Below, piece after piece: positions 24,839-39,100 of a DNA stretch of 64,000 bases. The notes beneath the pieces are model-generated. The model ran no database searches and was not told where the DNA came from. It worked only from the letters and a program-made list of their open reading frames with translations. The position numbers were made by a program, and so were the translations under genes. The DNA comes from Leidyana gryllorum EB-2025a. Lineage: Eukaryota > Protista > Apicomplexa. Every line of letters starts with the position of its first letter. The first letter of the stretch is position 1. The stretch is from positions 186,001 through 250,000 of the forward strand of contig JBLWGC010000109.1 of assembly GCA_048772705.1 (NCBI GenBank), written 5' to 3'.

Positions 24839-26785
24839 ATGCCTCGCTTGGCACCTGTCACTGCTGCCGGGAGGTCTACCCCAGCCTCCAGCAACCTTAT
24901 GAAAGTCATCAATATGAAGGGCTACAATATATTCCAAAACTGTGGGGGAAAGAAAACCGATCCTCTGAGCAATGTGTCGCCCAAAGCCACGAAACGCAGT
25001 GGCGACGCCCCCTGGTCGCCTCGTCGGTCTCCGCACAACTCCCGCAATAGCGTTGAAACACGACGCAATCCTCCGCCCCCTTCTCAGCAGAAGGGCCCGT
25101 CCTCCTCCAACAAAGCGAGCCAAAGCAGCAGCCAGCGAAGACGTATTCGGACGCTTCCACAAGGGCAAAGCATCACCGAGTTCTTCGAGTTTCCCGGATT
25201 GCTCCCCACGTTGTCACCGACCAAGTGCGATGAGTCAGCTGAAGCAGCCGCCGCCGCCTTTTTGAATCCAGACGCTCCGGGAGCAGATTTTGATCTTGAT
25301 GAGCACGGGCTGCCTAATCCGCGCACCCACACTCGCCCAATTCTTCTCAATTGTCGTGAGAAGTCTTCCAATATGCAGTGTGTGGCCAAGATTTTGCAGA
25401 AAGCTGCCATTCCACCGAGTGCTGGAGGAGAGAAGCTATGGCGCGAGCTGTGTGAACGTATTTTAGCTTGTCCATCTCATCCTAACCTGCTTCCATTCTA
25501 TGGCATCTTCGAAGATGATGCCAACTATTTCCTCTTCTTCGAACGCTTGGACGGAGGGGAGCTTTTCGACTTCTTGCTTACAGAAAGCGCAGTTCCAGAG
25601 GAGCTTTGCAAGCACTTAATCCGACAGATCCTACTAGCGCTGGAGTTTCTACATTCCAAATCGATCGTTCATAGGTACGTCCCCTTTTCTTGACACTAGC
25701 CTCTATTATTTACAGGGATGTGAAGCCCGAGAACCTGATGTTCCGCTTCAAGCGCCCCCGCATAGAGACCCCCAAGGAGCCCACAAAGCACCTCGTGGAG
25801 GTTCTGCCCGCTATGCTGCAACCCTTTGAACTGGTATTGATTGATTTTGATACTTGCAGGATGATGGATTACAAGTGAGTTCGTCCGCGTCTCCTCCATA
25901 CACACACTTTTTGTTGCACTCAGATCCGAGGACTATCAAGAGTACACTGGTGGACGTCGCCGTTTGGTTGGTACCTATGGGTATTTGGCTCCTGAAATCC
26001 TGCGTGGAGGTGAATACTCCTTCGCTAGTGACCTGTGGAGCGTGGGCGTAATTCTTTACATCCTGATGACTGGTATTCCGCCGGTTCCGATGGGTGTGAT
26101 GAAATCCGCTCGCGAGTCCCAAGAGGCCTTGGCACGGCTCGAAACGAAAGGGGTAAGGTTCCTTAAATTCAAACGGGCTAAATCTCATCGTTTGCACCTT
26201 CCACAGATTGGGTTCGATTTTCCCCCTCTATTGGATTTCCCCTTGGCGCGCGATTTGTGTATGCGCCTTCTCAGTTTTGATCCACATGTCCGAGTACAAA
26301 CAGCGACTGCTGCTCTACAGCATCCTTGGCTCCTCTCATCGGCTGCCCTCTCGGCCAAGTACTACTGTGCCTCACCGCTGGCTAGTTTGATGCCGCACAC
26401 AGTGGCAACTCAGCTGGGTCGTCAGCCGTTCCCCATCCCAGCCCCTCACGTCCTCCTGACCTCTACTCGTTCTCAGCTCTCAGCTCCACCCTCATTGCCG
26501 GGCTTAGCCGCCATCCTGGAACGTCCAGAGAATGTTTCCATGGCAGCACAGGTGAACCACACACCCAAGTTCCGAGCACTGTATCCTGAGAAACTCGGCG
26601 CGGCTTACCGAAAACTCAGTTCTCCAACCGCTGCAGGACCGGTCAGTTTGTCCCCGTTGGCAGGAGACACGCAAGTCGTCACCACCGCCAGCGAAAACGG
26701 CACCCAAGTCGTGAACGCGGAGGACAAGGAGGCCACAAATAGCCCAGTGGAAAGCTCAACCGTCCCTGGTCGGGCTGGAGTGTGA
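24839..26785 (+). CDS. CAMK-group protein kinase with DFD in place of DFG
   Basis: VAK, HPNLL, GGELFDFL, HRDVKPEN (split by an intron), LIDFDTC, GTYGYLAPE, DLWSVGVILY and LQHPWL. Confidence 0.88.
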
Positions 26786-27020
26786 ACGAGGGGATAGACG
26801 GTTAGATCTGTACCCTCAATCTACTACTACCACCACTACTTGCGATCTGATTGTCCTCCATCGATTCCGAATGACTGACCAGTTGTCGCCATGCTACTAC
26901 TGGTGTGACAAAGAGACTTGATGTTTGATTGTATCCGATTGTGAGCAGCGAGCGAGCAAAAGTGAGTGATTGCGTGTGAAATGAGCGATGACGGTCTGTG
27001 AGTGAGTTCGAGTGTGCGAG

Positions 27021-27024
<4 letters not shown>

Positions 27025-27066
<42 letters not shown>
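27025..27066. repeat. (AG)n microsatellite, about 21 units, followed by an AT-dinucleotide-rich tract near 27120-27146
   Basis: Directly visible between two convergent genes. Confidence 0.95.
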
Positions 27067-27071
<5 letters not shown>

Positions 27072-27153
27072 CTGATGATTGTGATTGCTTGGCCACGAGA
27101 GGGAGGTGTATAGAAAGAGATATGTATATATATACTTCTATATATACATCCAC

Positions 27154-30100
27154 CTATAGATATATGCCCCCTCTCCAAGTCGGTGGTCCGTTCTGGGGAC
27201 GCGACACAGCGCTCATTCTCTCTCGGCAAACAGTCGCGTGATGTATGTACGTGTGAGGGCAGGTCAACGGGAGCTGGCCAGCAATTTTTCATCAACACCT
27301 CACCTTCCCCACTGTGCGATAGAAATGGTACTGTTGTCATTTCTGTGGTCGTCAGTGCGGTTATTTTATACCATCCTACTAGCCGCCAATCCGAAATAGG
27401 CTGATATCTCGGTCAGGATGACCTTCGCATCTTCGGCATGCAGATCGGGTTCCTGCTTGACAGTTTCAATCGATAGCCAAAGAATATTTGATTTAGAATA
27501 TATGAATATATATGTACACGACGAACACCTTTAGACTCACCAAACCAAAGTGGGAACAAAGTCGTCGTAAGACATGTCGATTGTCCAATTCCACGTAATC
27601 TATACATCTCCAATCGGGTATGTCATTCTCAATCAAAGCGGAGTCTGTCAGTGGAGTGGAGTGGGTCTGCCTGACCGTCAGGCCGTTCCTCACCTATCTC
27701 CCCATCGTTGGAGCTCTCGGAAGCGTCCGGAGGGTTAGCCGATGCGGTTGACCCTGTGAGAAAGGACGTTTTGGCCCCCACAGCATCACCACTTACGGAT
27801 CTGAAGCTCACAGGCGGTGTGAAATTGTCTCAGTCTCTCCTCAGAATACTCGCAGTCTCCCACTGTTGTTAAAGGTGGTTTCTGATGATATCTCACACCC
27901 AAACAACTCACAAAGGGTTCCATTCCATACATTCTCGTCTTCCGTCTGGCCTTCGTCGACGATGACGTACTCAGAGGTTTGCCCCTTTCTGTTGGGAGAC
28001 CACCCGCCGTCACTCCGCAGATCACCGACGGTTCGTCGGTACTCTTTGACTGCCACAACGTCTTTGCGATTGAGCTCGGGGTCACTGCGTTTGCGTATGA
28101 GCATTCGCGGGGGAGGCAAGAAGGGCAGGCGTAAGGATCCGGCCGGATTGGTATTATAGAATCGCGTGCTTTGTGTTTTCAATAGCGGCAGATCCCTCGA
28201 CAAGTGTTCCATGGTCAGATCCTCCTTGAGCCACTGGGCATAACACTCAGTCTCTTCACTCTTCACCATTGTAACTCGGAAGGATTGGAGTAAAGGCAGT
28301 GTCTCGGCAACACTATCGTTTATCTGCTTCTCCCAGACCTGTTTCACCGGTTTGGGCTTCTTCTCGTACGCTACGCTCGGCCATTCTAACCTCACAATCC
28401 GAGTTAGTTTGCTGGGAGTGAAGATCTGCAGTTCAGTGTCGGTGTCCAAATCCTCATCATTGATCCAGTCATAGCGAATGACGTCACCCGAGGGCGATGG
28501 AAGTTCCATTTTGACCGCACGGAGCAGTGGACGGTCCTCTTCCCCCCCGAGCCGTTCCTCTTCCCCGAGCCGTTCCTCTGGGACAATGTCCTCACTCGAG
28601 GTGATCTCGCTGTCGCTCTCCTCCTGAGCAGACTTCTCGCCCATTTCACTCCGCTCGGACGGTTCATCGCGTTCGGTCGCCATATCAGACTCTGTGTGCC
28701 GACGTTCGCCTTGGGGAATGTGCAGCTCATTAGTGTTCGGCCGCGATCTATATGCTTCAGGTATCTGCACCACGCTATCGTCACCTTCTGGGGCGGGTGC
28801 CCGAAGTTTCGGCGGAGGCGGCGTGAGCAATACCACTTGGGACGTTGGCACATTGTGCCGTTCCTAAACGGGAGACAGAGATGTATGTCACTTCCCCCAC
28901 CCACCCCAGCGTATACTTACCGCCAGCACGTGAGTGGATTCATTGCTCTCCTGGGGCGTCAGACCAGTCACTGTTGTGGTCAGAGCGTCATCAGTATTGT
29001 TCGAGGCCGTCCACAGTATACTTTTCTCCTTCCGTCTTCCTCCAGCAGCAGCAGTGGACTGCGACGCGACGTGCTGTTTGATACCTTGGCCACTCTCGGC
29101 ATGGCTCGTTGAAATTAGTGCGCCCCTCAAGGTGTTCAAATGCTGGTGCAACAAACTCAAGGAAGAGTCGTTGGGTGACACAGGCAACGGATTCCGTGAT
29201 GGATCCTGAAGTTCGGCAATGCGTCGCTCAATTAAATGAATCTTATGCTCTGTTTGAATTCGTTGTATCTCGGCGTCCGATTTGTTGGCTCCAAGGCGGC
29301 CTTGCGCCCTGTGGCGCGCAGTTCGGGCAGCATCCAGCTCGTTCGGTTTCAAGCGCGTAGCCAAGTCACCTTTAAAGTACCGTACACTGATCTCCTCCCA
29401 CGTCCCGGTGATGGGCTCCTGTAACACATCTACACAGTCACAGTACAGTTCGAAATCGATCCGCTCCACTGGAGTGGGAGACGGGGGACGAGGAGCAGTA
29501 CTCGATTCTGCTGCAGCCGCTCCCTTATCCCAATGCTCCTGCATCTCAGACGGGGTCAATGGGGGTGGCAACTGTTGAGTCCACGGAGGCAGTGTCTGTT
29601 TTGACGGCTGCCAACGTGTCTGAGTCGGCGGCGCCACATTCGTGGTTCCTTCCCTTCTCATTTTCTCGTCCTCTTCCCGTTGTTGCTCCTGCTGCTGTGT
29701 CCATTCCCACGTCTTACCCGACCGAGTGAGCTTTGTGCCGCTTCGCCGGATCTCCACGCGTCCGCGCTCCACCACCTGCGCAGGCTCAGACTCTGCGCTC
29801 GATCGGGAGTACCGGGTGAGAGTGGCGACTTTGCCAGGAGACGATCGCGCCTCAATCTCAGCCGCTGACACTCCAACGTTAACCGCTGTTAACGTCCCGT
29901 CTTCTGTGGCCACAGCCATATTGGTCGGCTGATTGTTTTCGTCAAGTTCCATTGTCACAGTCAGACGACGTCGAACCTTTGTTGTGGTGTCTGCTTTGAG
30001 TACTTTGGGTTTGCGCTGGAGAACTGAAGGAGACGGCTCGTTAACATAAGGTGCCCGCGACCGTTTCACGCCTCCCACAGTCGGCGCCGCTGAGGCCTCT

Positions 30101-33100
30101 GGTGGTTCAGAGGTGATGGACTGAGTCGATTTCATCAAAGCCTCTTTGAGGCAGCTCAAAGCCGCACACTTGAATTCCATAGGGTGCGCGGGACCATTAT
30201 TCGACGGCGGTTGGCTCAAATCTTCGTACATTGTCACCCGATTGACCACTCGCCTGCCGGTCTCCTTCTCTCCGGTACCACGACTCTGACTGGCGACTCG
30301 AGGGGGAGCTGACAGCTGCAAGTCTGCGTCTTCTCGGCGTCCGAACGTTGTTGTGTCCTTCTGCGCAGCCCAGTCACTCACCGGAGGGGCCCGCGATCCC
30401 ACGCGGGCGCTCACCTCCATCCGCCGTTTCTGCAGTTCAGGGCTGATTGAAACTCCTTGCGATGTCAGACGCTCTTCGTGCGGGGCGGCGGCGAGATGGG
30501 TGTCGTAGTATCGTCTCTTCCGTGGGTTGTGCTCTCTGACTTCCTCCTGCTCACCGTCCGACATCCCAGCGTGATCTTCCTGCCTCCGGTCGTCGCTGTT
30601 TTCCTCCACGGTCAAGTCGATATCGCTGTCCTGAGACGACGCACTCTCGTCACCGGCCGCCATTGCAGCCAGGAGACCGCCCTGCTGTCCATGAGCGACG
30701 ATCTGGCCGCCCTCTCCGCAATACAGTCCGTTACCAAACCTCGATATCCCGAAACCCGGAGACACAGGGCCCTCTTTCCTCCCAGCGAGATGTCCGCGAG
30801 CCCCAAGAGGTACCGCTTCTTTCTTCGTGACCGGCCTCGCGGACTCTTCGACCGGCTTCGTTGCTCGCACAGGTGTGTGAGTATAGGAACGTTCCGGCGG
30901 CACTGGAGTCGTCGGTTGACTGCTAACATCTGTGGCGTGAATGTTCGGCATCGGCGGTCCGCCCCAGGCGTCTAAGCTGCGTAGCGGGATCGGCGGCCTC
31001 ACTGTCGGGTGGTATGGAGATCCTCCCTTGACAATGCTTTCATCGATGATCTCGTCGGGCTTGAGATCAAAGTCGGCCAGACCCTGGCTATCATCAGGCG
31101 CTGGGTCGAGCGTGGAGGGCTGATAGTAGTCGTACTCTGCCACGGCCCGGGTCATCTCTGCACTATGCGTGTGTTGTTCTTCCCCCGCGCGTGCGCGAAT
31201 GATAATGACGTCCTCATTGTCATCGACTCGTCTCCGAAGCTCAGGGTTCGGCATTATGATTGGCCGTTCGCTTTCTGCGGCAGAAGCAGCACTCAGTCTC
31301 GGAGTCGGCGTTCGGTCCTCGTCTTCTTCAAGCTCAACTATAGATCGTTTGCGAGTGTACGGAAGCACCACGGGCTCTTGCGACCGTCTCCGAGCTTTCT
31401 CGCGCTCCTTTCGGTTCCGTTCTTCGCTCCTATTGGGTGACAGCCACGCTCGCACCGCGAGAGGAGGCGTGGGCGCGCGGCTGAGAACGGCCGCTCCAGG
31501 CTTCCGGTCCGGCGTCTTGCAAAACGCTGACTCGTCACCCTCCACCAGAGTCTTCAGCCCCGGGGGCTTGCTGAACTTGCGAGGTCGAGTGGGTTCGTGT
31601 GCGTGAGCACCCACTGCCCAGTTGGGCTGAGACAGTCTCTGAGCGCGTCTCGAATAGGAATCCCTCCTTTGGGTGGGGACTGGAGCATCGTCCTCGAGAT
31701 CAATGTCACTTGTCTCCGAGTACTGATGTCTCAGATTCACACCGTCCTCTGTCCCAGCGGCGGGGCCCGCGGCTTGCATTTCTAACAGACGCTCCAAACG
31801 CTCCTCATACGGCAGCTGGCGGGCGAGATCGTCGGCGTGGGCACGGAGAGCAGCGTCCTCTTCAGCCATCTTTTTCAATCGCTCGGCTTCCGGTAACTTC
31901 ATATACTCGTCCAAGTTTGACACTGGCATCGGCATCTTTCGCGCCTCACGACGTGACTTCATCGCCATACGCTGCAACTCCACTCTCGTCCTCCGATCTT
32001 CCGCACCTGCCTCGTCTTCCTTACGCCCGGAAGGTTCTCGAAGCCGCTCGGCTCCTGTCTCAGTGGACGCCAGAACCGTTGCAGGAGCGTGAATATTGGC
32101 GTCACTCCGCAATCGGACAAATTCCTCAGCAGGACCGGCCATCTTGGAGGTAGACCCATCTTGGAAACTTATCGTCGATGATCGGTGAACGGCTCGCACC
32201 AGTTGTTCCGCTCGCACCTGTTGTTCCGCTGTGCCGGCTTCGTGGTTGCTACCAGATACATCAACTGCAACGCGGTTGTAAGTGCGATGCAGCATCGGCG
32301 GGGGAGTATCAGAAGCTCCAGTGCCTCCATGTCGCGACGAGTCCATTGACAGCCTACCGAAGTGAGCAGTTGACGTTCGGTTGCCAAAGGCTGGTTCGAG
32401 CAGTACTTGGGACCGTCGGCGCCTGCGGGTTTGCCCCTGGCCCCCGTCTGTTGAGCTTGCGCAGTCATCTGATCTTTGGCTCACACCCGCGGGACCGACC
32501 AATAAAACGTGAGGTGCTGGCCCTGAAGCCCCAACAGGAGGTATCTGCAACGGCTCGCCTATCTGCCTGTTGCCAGCCGCCGCGTTGGCCTCCTCCTCAG
32601 GCGTGAGGGGAGCCGTACTCAGTAAACCGTTGGATTGCAGTCGCATTGGACCTAAAGGCAGCGGCCAGGCTGTAGCCCTCCACCAATCATGCTGCATATC
32701 AAAGTCCCACGGAGCTCTGGTTCAAACTTACAGCTAAGCGGGGGTATCCTGCTGGACGGCAGATTTCCCAATCGTTGAAGAGCAACCACTCTGGATCAGG
32801 TGAGCTCACAGATGAGTTCGGATCCCGAGACGGAAAGGCGAAGAAGACAGGACATCCATAGGCAAATGATTGAGTTATGTACAGGGCGGCGTTTATATCC
32901 AGATGCCCCATACTAAAAGGCATACCCATCACAGTGGCGTCAAAGGTGGACCTTTGCGATCCTTGTATTCGGGGAGGCTGGTGGCTGGGAGCAAATGTAT
33001 AGGGGCCTTGCTGACCATGCGTTGTTGCCTTCCCATCTGTGTTCGATAACGTGTGTGCTGTGTGTAAGATCGGCGGGTACAGGAGACGTTGTGTTGTGGG

Positions 33101-34361
33101 ATATTGATCTCTGTCGGGCATTCCAGGTCGAAGGGTTTCCCTGTCTGAAGTGTCGCATGATATTAAACGGGCTGTTCTGCTGGTGCTGTTGGTTTACCTT
33201 CAACTTCTTCGGCACTGCTCGCCACGACGACACCAAAGGAGTCTTGTGTCTGCCCAGTACAAAAGTCGGCGGTGCTGAACTCGTCCGCCAGCAAGACCAG
33301 GGGAGCATCGTCGTGCGGGCTGTCGATCGCTCTCGGAATAATGTCCTTTTGGAGCTGATCCAGACACGGGGTGAGTATGTTGCGGAAAGCCCGGAGTTGC
33401 GGTGCTGGTAACGGATAGTTTAATACTTCATCAGAGTGGTCAGTTAGTATTCCATAGTCTCTGAGTGGCACGCCTACTCCGCAGTAGAGTGTTTCATTAT
33501 TGTCCGGTTTCGCAGTTTCTAAGCGTTGCATTTCTCGCATGATGCAAGATAGAGTTGGCTGGTTGAGAGATTTATCCAGCTGTGGGGGTTTGATCAGCTC
33601 TTCCATCTTCATTTGCGCCTTGCTGCTTTGCATATAGAGTTCTCCGCTCGGATGCACACGGCAGGTCATATCACAGTTGGGGCCATAAAGCTTTCGAGCA
33701 TTCCTGGCTTCGAGGAGGATTCCCTCATTTGTTGCTAGTTTGCGACGAATCATGTAGGCGGAGATGTCCGCGGGTCGTCGCTGTGAGGCCAGTTTCATGA
33801 AGGCTTTGCACGCGAGCTGATGGAGATCAGCTTGTTCTTGAGATATATCATCTAAGCTCCTCAGGGTACCAGAAGGCAGCTGCGGCTGTGGCAGCTTACC
33901 GCCTTGGATCCCAGCGCGAGCCCGGAAGATTTCATACCGCTTAGTTTCCACCTTGTCAAGCAATGGATTGCGAATGATCATACTTCGTAGTTTACGTCCG
34001 GTGTCAGTTTCACTGAATATCAGTTCGTTCAGAACCTGAGGCCTCATCTTCTGGTGCGAAATGACTTCATCAATCCCCCTCAGAGTCCCGCCACCGGACA
34101 TTTGAACGTTCCGCAATAAAGATTTCGCTGTCTGTCGCCATCCCGGAGAGAACGGGTTCTCAGGCGGGGCACTGACATTGGGACACAGCTTGGCAGCATG
34201 GTGCGTTGGATTGAAATACTCCTGTGGATGGATGGTGATGTAGGCCGATGACACCTTAGAAAGAGGATTACCGATTGTGATTCAAAGGTCGCCATGTTGT
34301 CGGCCATCATTCTAGTCTTCAAATGGGCCTGATGCTGCTTCAAGCTGCCAACCCCATCCAT
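27154..34361 (-). CDS. Very large (~2,200 aa) multi-exon, mostly low-complexity protein; possible divergent JmjC-like segment near 32680-32940
   Basis: ATG 34361 joins ORFs 33163-34254, 32699-33121, 28888-32697 and 27841-28851 in frame through ~40-60-nt GT-AG introns (e.g. GCG|gtaagt..tttag|GAA CGG CAC AAT GTG CCA). Exons 3' of 27841 and the stop position are uncertain. Confidence 0.6.
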
Positions 34362-34392
34362 ATGAGCTCAAGACAAAATTAGCGGCTCCAGA

Positions 34393-36021
34393 ATGGGCAG
34401 AAAGGGTAAAAGGTCAAAGGTTGAAGACTATCAAGACGAAGAATATGATGAAGAACTTGCCTTGGCTTTGGCCATCAGTGCCTCCTTGGCCGAGTCAGCC
34501 CCCGAACCAGAACCAGAACCCTTACCCAATGAGGCCCCACCCACCATCCATACCGCCGATGACATGACAGAGCCCGAAATCCTCAATACCGCTACGTCCT
34601 CATTGACCCCCGCCAACTCTGCCCCTCCTGTAGCCACAGATCGCCCCACTCGCCGCCCACGCACACTCCGCGCTCAGACTCGCCACCGACTGACGCAACG
34701 ACGCATCTCTAAAAAGACGTGTCAGAGTTCGGACGATGACGACTTGGATGACGATGAAGAAGAAGAGTTCAGGCCTCCCATCGTAGTGTCGGATAGCTCA
34801 AGTGACGAGTTCGATGACACCCTCTTCGCTGATACCAAGGCAGATGTTGACGATATGAACGACGAAGATCAAATGGCCGAAGATGAGGACTTTGATGATA
34901 GTGACTACGAGATGGATGAACGTCCTTCTTCACGCCGTAAGAACGGGCGAAAGGCATCAGCCAAAGCAAAGGCCAAGGCTAAGGCCAGAGCCAAAAGTAA
35001 AGCCAAACCCAAAGCACAGTCCTCTCGAAAACGAAGGCCGTCCGACTCATCACCGCAACAAGAAAGTGACCGGAGCGACGACGGACCGGCTACTGCTGAT
35101 GCCGAAAAGACTGACACTGTAGAAGCCTGGAGTGACGAAGACTTAGTGGCTGCCGAGCCGAGCTCATCGGTTGACAACCCCTTCTCCTGGGCTGCCATGG
35201 CCGCTGAACTTCGAGAGGGATACGTCAAGAGTCAGATGAAAGCCATGGCCGACGCTGCTGTCCCCGCCGATCGATCAGCAGCAACTGCACGCAATACGGC
35301 TGGCAAAGACGAAGTGATCCCACGCAAACTTGAAGTGACTGAAACAAGTTGGCGCAGCCCGCCATTGGGCCCTCGGTGGTCCACGTTGCTTACAGATACA
35401 CAGAGAGAGGCACTTTTGGCTGCTCGAAAGTACATATACCTGCGGTTGATCGCCAAAGGAGAGGCGTGGAGGGAAAGGAAAGGTTTGGTGCAAACGGTCA
35501 AGGAAGGGCTAGATGGACATCATGTCGCGGGAGCCATAGCCGAAATTGGCGTCCCTATATTGCCGGACGATGTGGCTCTGATGTTGAAAGGTATGACTGA
35601 GTTACGTGTGTGTGTTCGATGTGTGTTCGATGGTGTGTTCGATGGTGTGTTCGTCTCCCTTGGGTGGGGATGACGTGATGTGTCACGGCTGTGCATTTAC
35701 TTATTCGGGCCTCCAGAAGCGTCAGAGTCCGCGGCGCACCAATCGCCGGAGGAGATCGCTCGATTGAAGGCCGCGAACAGGAAGAAGACGTTCGAGACTC
35801 GGCTTGCAGAAGTATTGCAGAAGGCTCGGTGGCCTCGCTCATTGGCGAGCGACAACAATGCATCAGCACCACAGGAGGAGGCCGATGAGGTTTCTTTACT
35901 TCCAGCATTCGATCTGCAGAAAGCCCCAGAGGTTTACAATTCGGAAGTGAGTTGGGAGGGTTTCTGCAAGATTTTCGATGCTGTGCGATTGCGGGTGGAG
36001 AAGAATGGGACGGTGTGGTGA
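34393..36021 (+). CDS. Acidic/basic low-complexity protein with N-terminal UIM and degenerate EF-hand-like C-terminus
   Basis: DEELALALAISASLAE is UIM-like; D/E-rich and AKAKAK tracts; C-terminal EVSWEGFCKIF. Intron near 35605-35718. Confidence 0.6.
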
Positions 36022-36112
36022 TTGTTGTATATACAAAGACATACGCCTTTTCCGTCGACGAAGGACAACAAACTTGAGGCAATAATCGGAAGTGAAGTCC
36101 TTTGTTCAGAGT

Positions 36113-39100
36113 ATGCGGTCTGGAATACTCCTTTGGGCCTCTGCGTGGGCATTGGGGCCCGACGATCCGCTCGTCAAGTCCGTTTCGCCCTGGAGCAGTC
36201 AGCTTGTGGAGTTTTGTGAACAAGTGCCGCATATTGAGACATTGTCGAATTACTCGTGGCGGAACATTGCTGACGACGAGTGTACCGATGACCCAGCCCG
36301 TGTTGTCTGTTATGTGGCTCGGCAGCTTAGTACCATGAAGACTTGCCAAAGCTTCACCGATAACGCTAATCTTTGTTTGGCCTTTCCGGATGCACTGTCC
36401 AACTTTTGTTGCGAGTCAAAGACCGCAAGCGCGGCTTGTGCCGCCCTACAGGGCCTGAACCAAGGCCCCTCTTCCCTCAACGTTGTTGCTGGGGACCAAG
36501 ACGAAGGCAGTGCTCATGCCACTTCTGCAAGGCCGTATTTCCCAGAGCCCATTGAAGCGACCGCCCCGCCAAAAGTGATGGCCATCCCCCTATCTGAGAG
36601 TGAAACTTCGATCGAGCCCATTTCAGCCAAGACGCGTCGCCTGGGCGCTGGCAGCAGGAAATGGCCGACCACAAAGAACATCTTTATTGTCTTCCCCGAG
36701 AAGTTCACGTTGTGCAATGCTGCGACGTCCGCATGGCGGGCCATTCGGATCAGTGCAGCTTTGTTCGACTTGTCTGGGTTGACGGGATTGGCATTAGGCG
36801 ATCTTACCGAGGCGCTGATGGGCGATCATGGGGATTGGGAGTCGAACGAACTCGAAAGGAACATCTTTGAAATGTTTAACGACTTGTTGGAGGTTCCTTG
36901 GGACGCAGAGACGTATCCTCCGATCACAGGCAGAATCCCCTGGGAGCAGCTACTGTTCCCTCAGAGTCCCGATGCTCGATATCCGGACCAATGGGGTGCC
37001 GAGGAGAACAGCTTCCCGTGGCCGGCGCGTCGACTGGATAAACTTCCCAGCGACGTTCGGTCTCTCCAAAATCTGGAGGGCTGCATGAGCACAGCCGAGT
37101 TGGTGGCCGAAATGGTGGGTTTGATCACCCGCTTCATGTTTGGCCAAGTTGACATGGACGAAATGACTGAGACTCTTGGCAACGCTTTGGATCGCCACTT
37201 TGACCTTCTCAATGCCACAAAAGCCGGGCTTGAATTCAAAGGCACATCGGCTATCACGCGATTCGCTGGGTTCATCACTCCGGCCGTCATAGCCCTTCCC
37301 GCGTGCGCTCCACCTTCGATTGAGGTGCTCCGCAACATCGCCAGCATAGCCGACATTAAGGTCGAACCCATGGAAATGCTCTTGGATCTTCACTCAACCG
37401 TCGGACAGTATGTGTCGGCCCTTCAGGAGTGTCCTGACTGTCTGACCGACATTTGGCAGTCCATTCTGAATATCACGGGGGCCTATAAGAGCACTCAAGA
37501 GGCTCAAAAGGCAAAAGAAGCCACCGAAATGTTCTATACCGTCTTCAGCGAGCGCGTCGAGTCTATTCAAGCAGGCAAGAGCCCCAAGCCGACATCAGCT
37601 GGCGACGTGCTGAAGACGCTTATCAATATTGGACGTGAAACGGGCACTCGCAGTGGCACCAACGTGTCCAGCGCTCTCGAGGGTGCCATTCTGGTCATGG
37701 AGGCTCTACGGAAGGAACAAGATACCGGTAGCGTACTGGATGCCGATAGCGTACACATGAAGGTCCAAAAGTTCATCAAGAATAATCTGCATTGCGGACG
37801 CAAATCTGGAGGCAACCCACAATCAAATAAGAGCGCCAAACGCCGACAATTGAGTGTGTTCGATCTTCTGTCAAAGCAGCGCGCGCTCTCGGCACGCGTG
37901 CCCATTGCTGCACAGATCGAACCGGCGAGCGGTGACAGGTTCGTTGGGTGCGCCATTGACGAAATTCTACTGGACGAAGTTACCACCAACGCAACCCTCT
38001 ATGAGTACCCCCTCCGTTTCGAGCACTCCCGGATCAGATACCCCTATGAACTCGTAGAACGCCATCCCACGGACCGTATGAGATCGCTGGTTCGTCTACG
38101 CGGAGAATTGGTCAATCCTGAGTACAGTTTTGTGGATCTGCAGCAGCACACGCCACCCGACCACACCACCTTGGGACAACTGGCTCAATGGTTCACTGCA
38201 CACGCGAGTCGTGTGAACAACAAGTTCGGCTATGACGACAATTCTGGCAGAATTCTGCGGAATTACTCGCCGGAGGGCCCGAGGCGCGAACTGCCAACTC
38301 GTATTGGTCAATTCGAATTCCCGCTGTCTGTGGCAACTTCGCAGGCCCCCCATCTGGTTGACTCCCGCATCAGCAAACGTGCGCTTCGAATCGTCAAGTC
38401 TTATCCTCCAGAAACATTGGAAGATTACAACGCCGCATACTACGCCAAAGCAGCCCGTCGAATTGATGGTATGCGTCTTGCAACGCTAACGAACGAAGAG
38501 AGTGCCCGTTCCAAGCCAGGTGACTGGCCGGAAGATTTGGGTATCTCTGTGGTATGGCCGGCGGAATGGCTCGGCGAAGGTCCGGTGGATTACACTGATC
38601 CACGCGGTCTGTTCCGTTTACGCACTGAAGTGTTGTCTGCCTCTGAGGGCCCCATCAACTTCACTCTGGTCCCCCCTGCCCCCATCACCACTGTCCGGAA
38701 GCTGAGCAGATGGCTTGCTAACGCTGCTGTGGTGACTACGCGTCATCGTGCTCCAAAAGAAGAACAGCGCTATATGGAAATGTGGAGACTGGGCACCTGG
38801 GACGGTCAGAGCGAAGACCAGCAGGTGACACTGGCGAACAATAAGGCCGCACGTCAGCTCCGTAGTTCGAACCCGAACGACCTCTCTCGAGCTGAAATTC
38901 GAGCGCTCCGGAAGGGCGACCTCACTGTGCTCCGAACTGACTTTGGAGCTCATCCTTCCGCGGTGCAGATAGTCCCGTCTCAACTCGCCAGCGGACTAAA
39001 GTGGCCCACCCGAGATGGCGAGTCCTGGCTGTATCCCATTGAACTCCTTTTGGACACTCCCCCGGACCCGATCACTAAGCGCACAAAGGTTAGACTTCTC

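Noticed and set aside
26836-27340. ORFs with SLSLSL or ERERER runs
   Set aside because: These are translations of the (AG)n microsatellite.
34255-34271. Apparent 17-nt intron
   Set aside because: A downstream acceptor gives an ordinary 50-nt in-frame intron.
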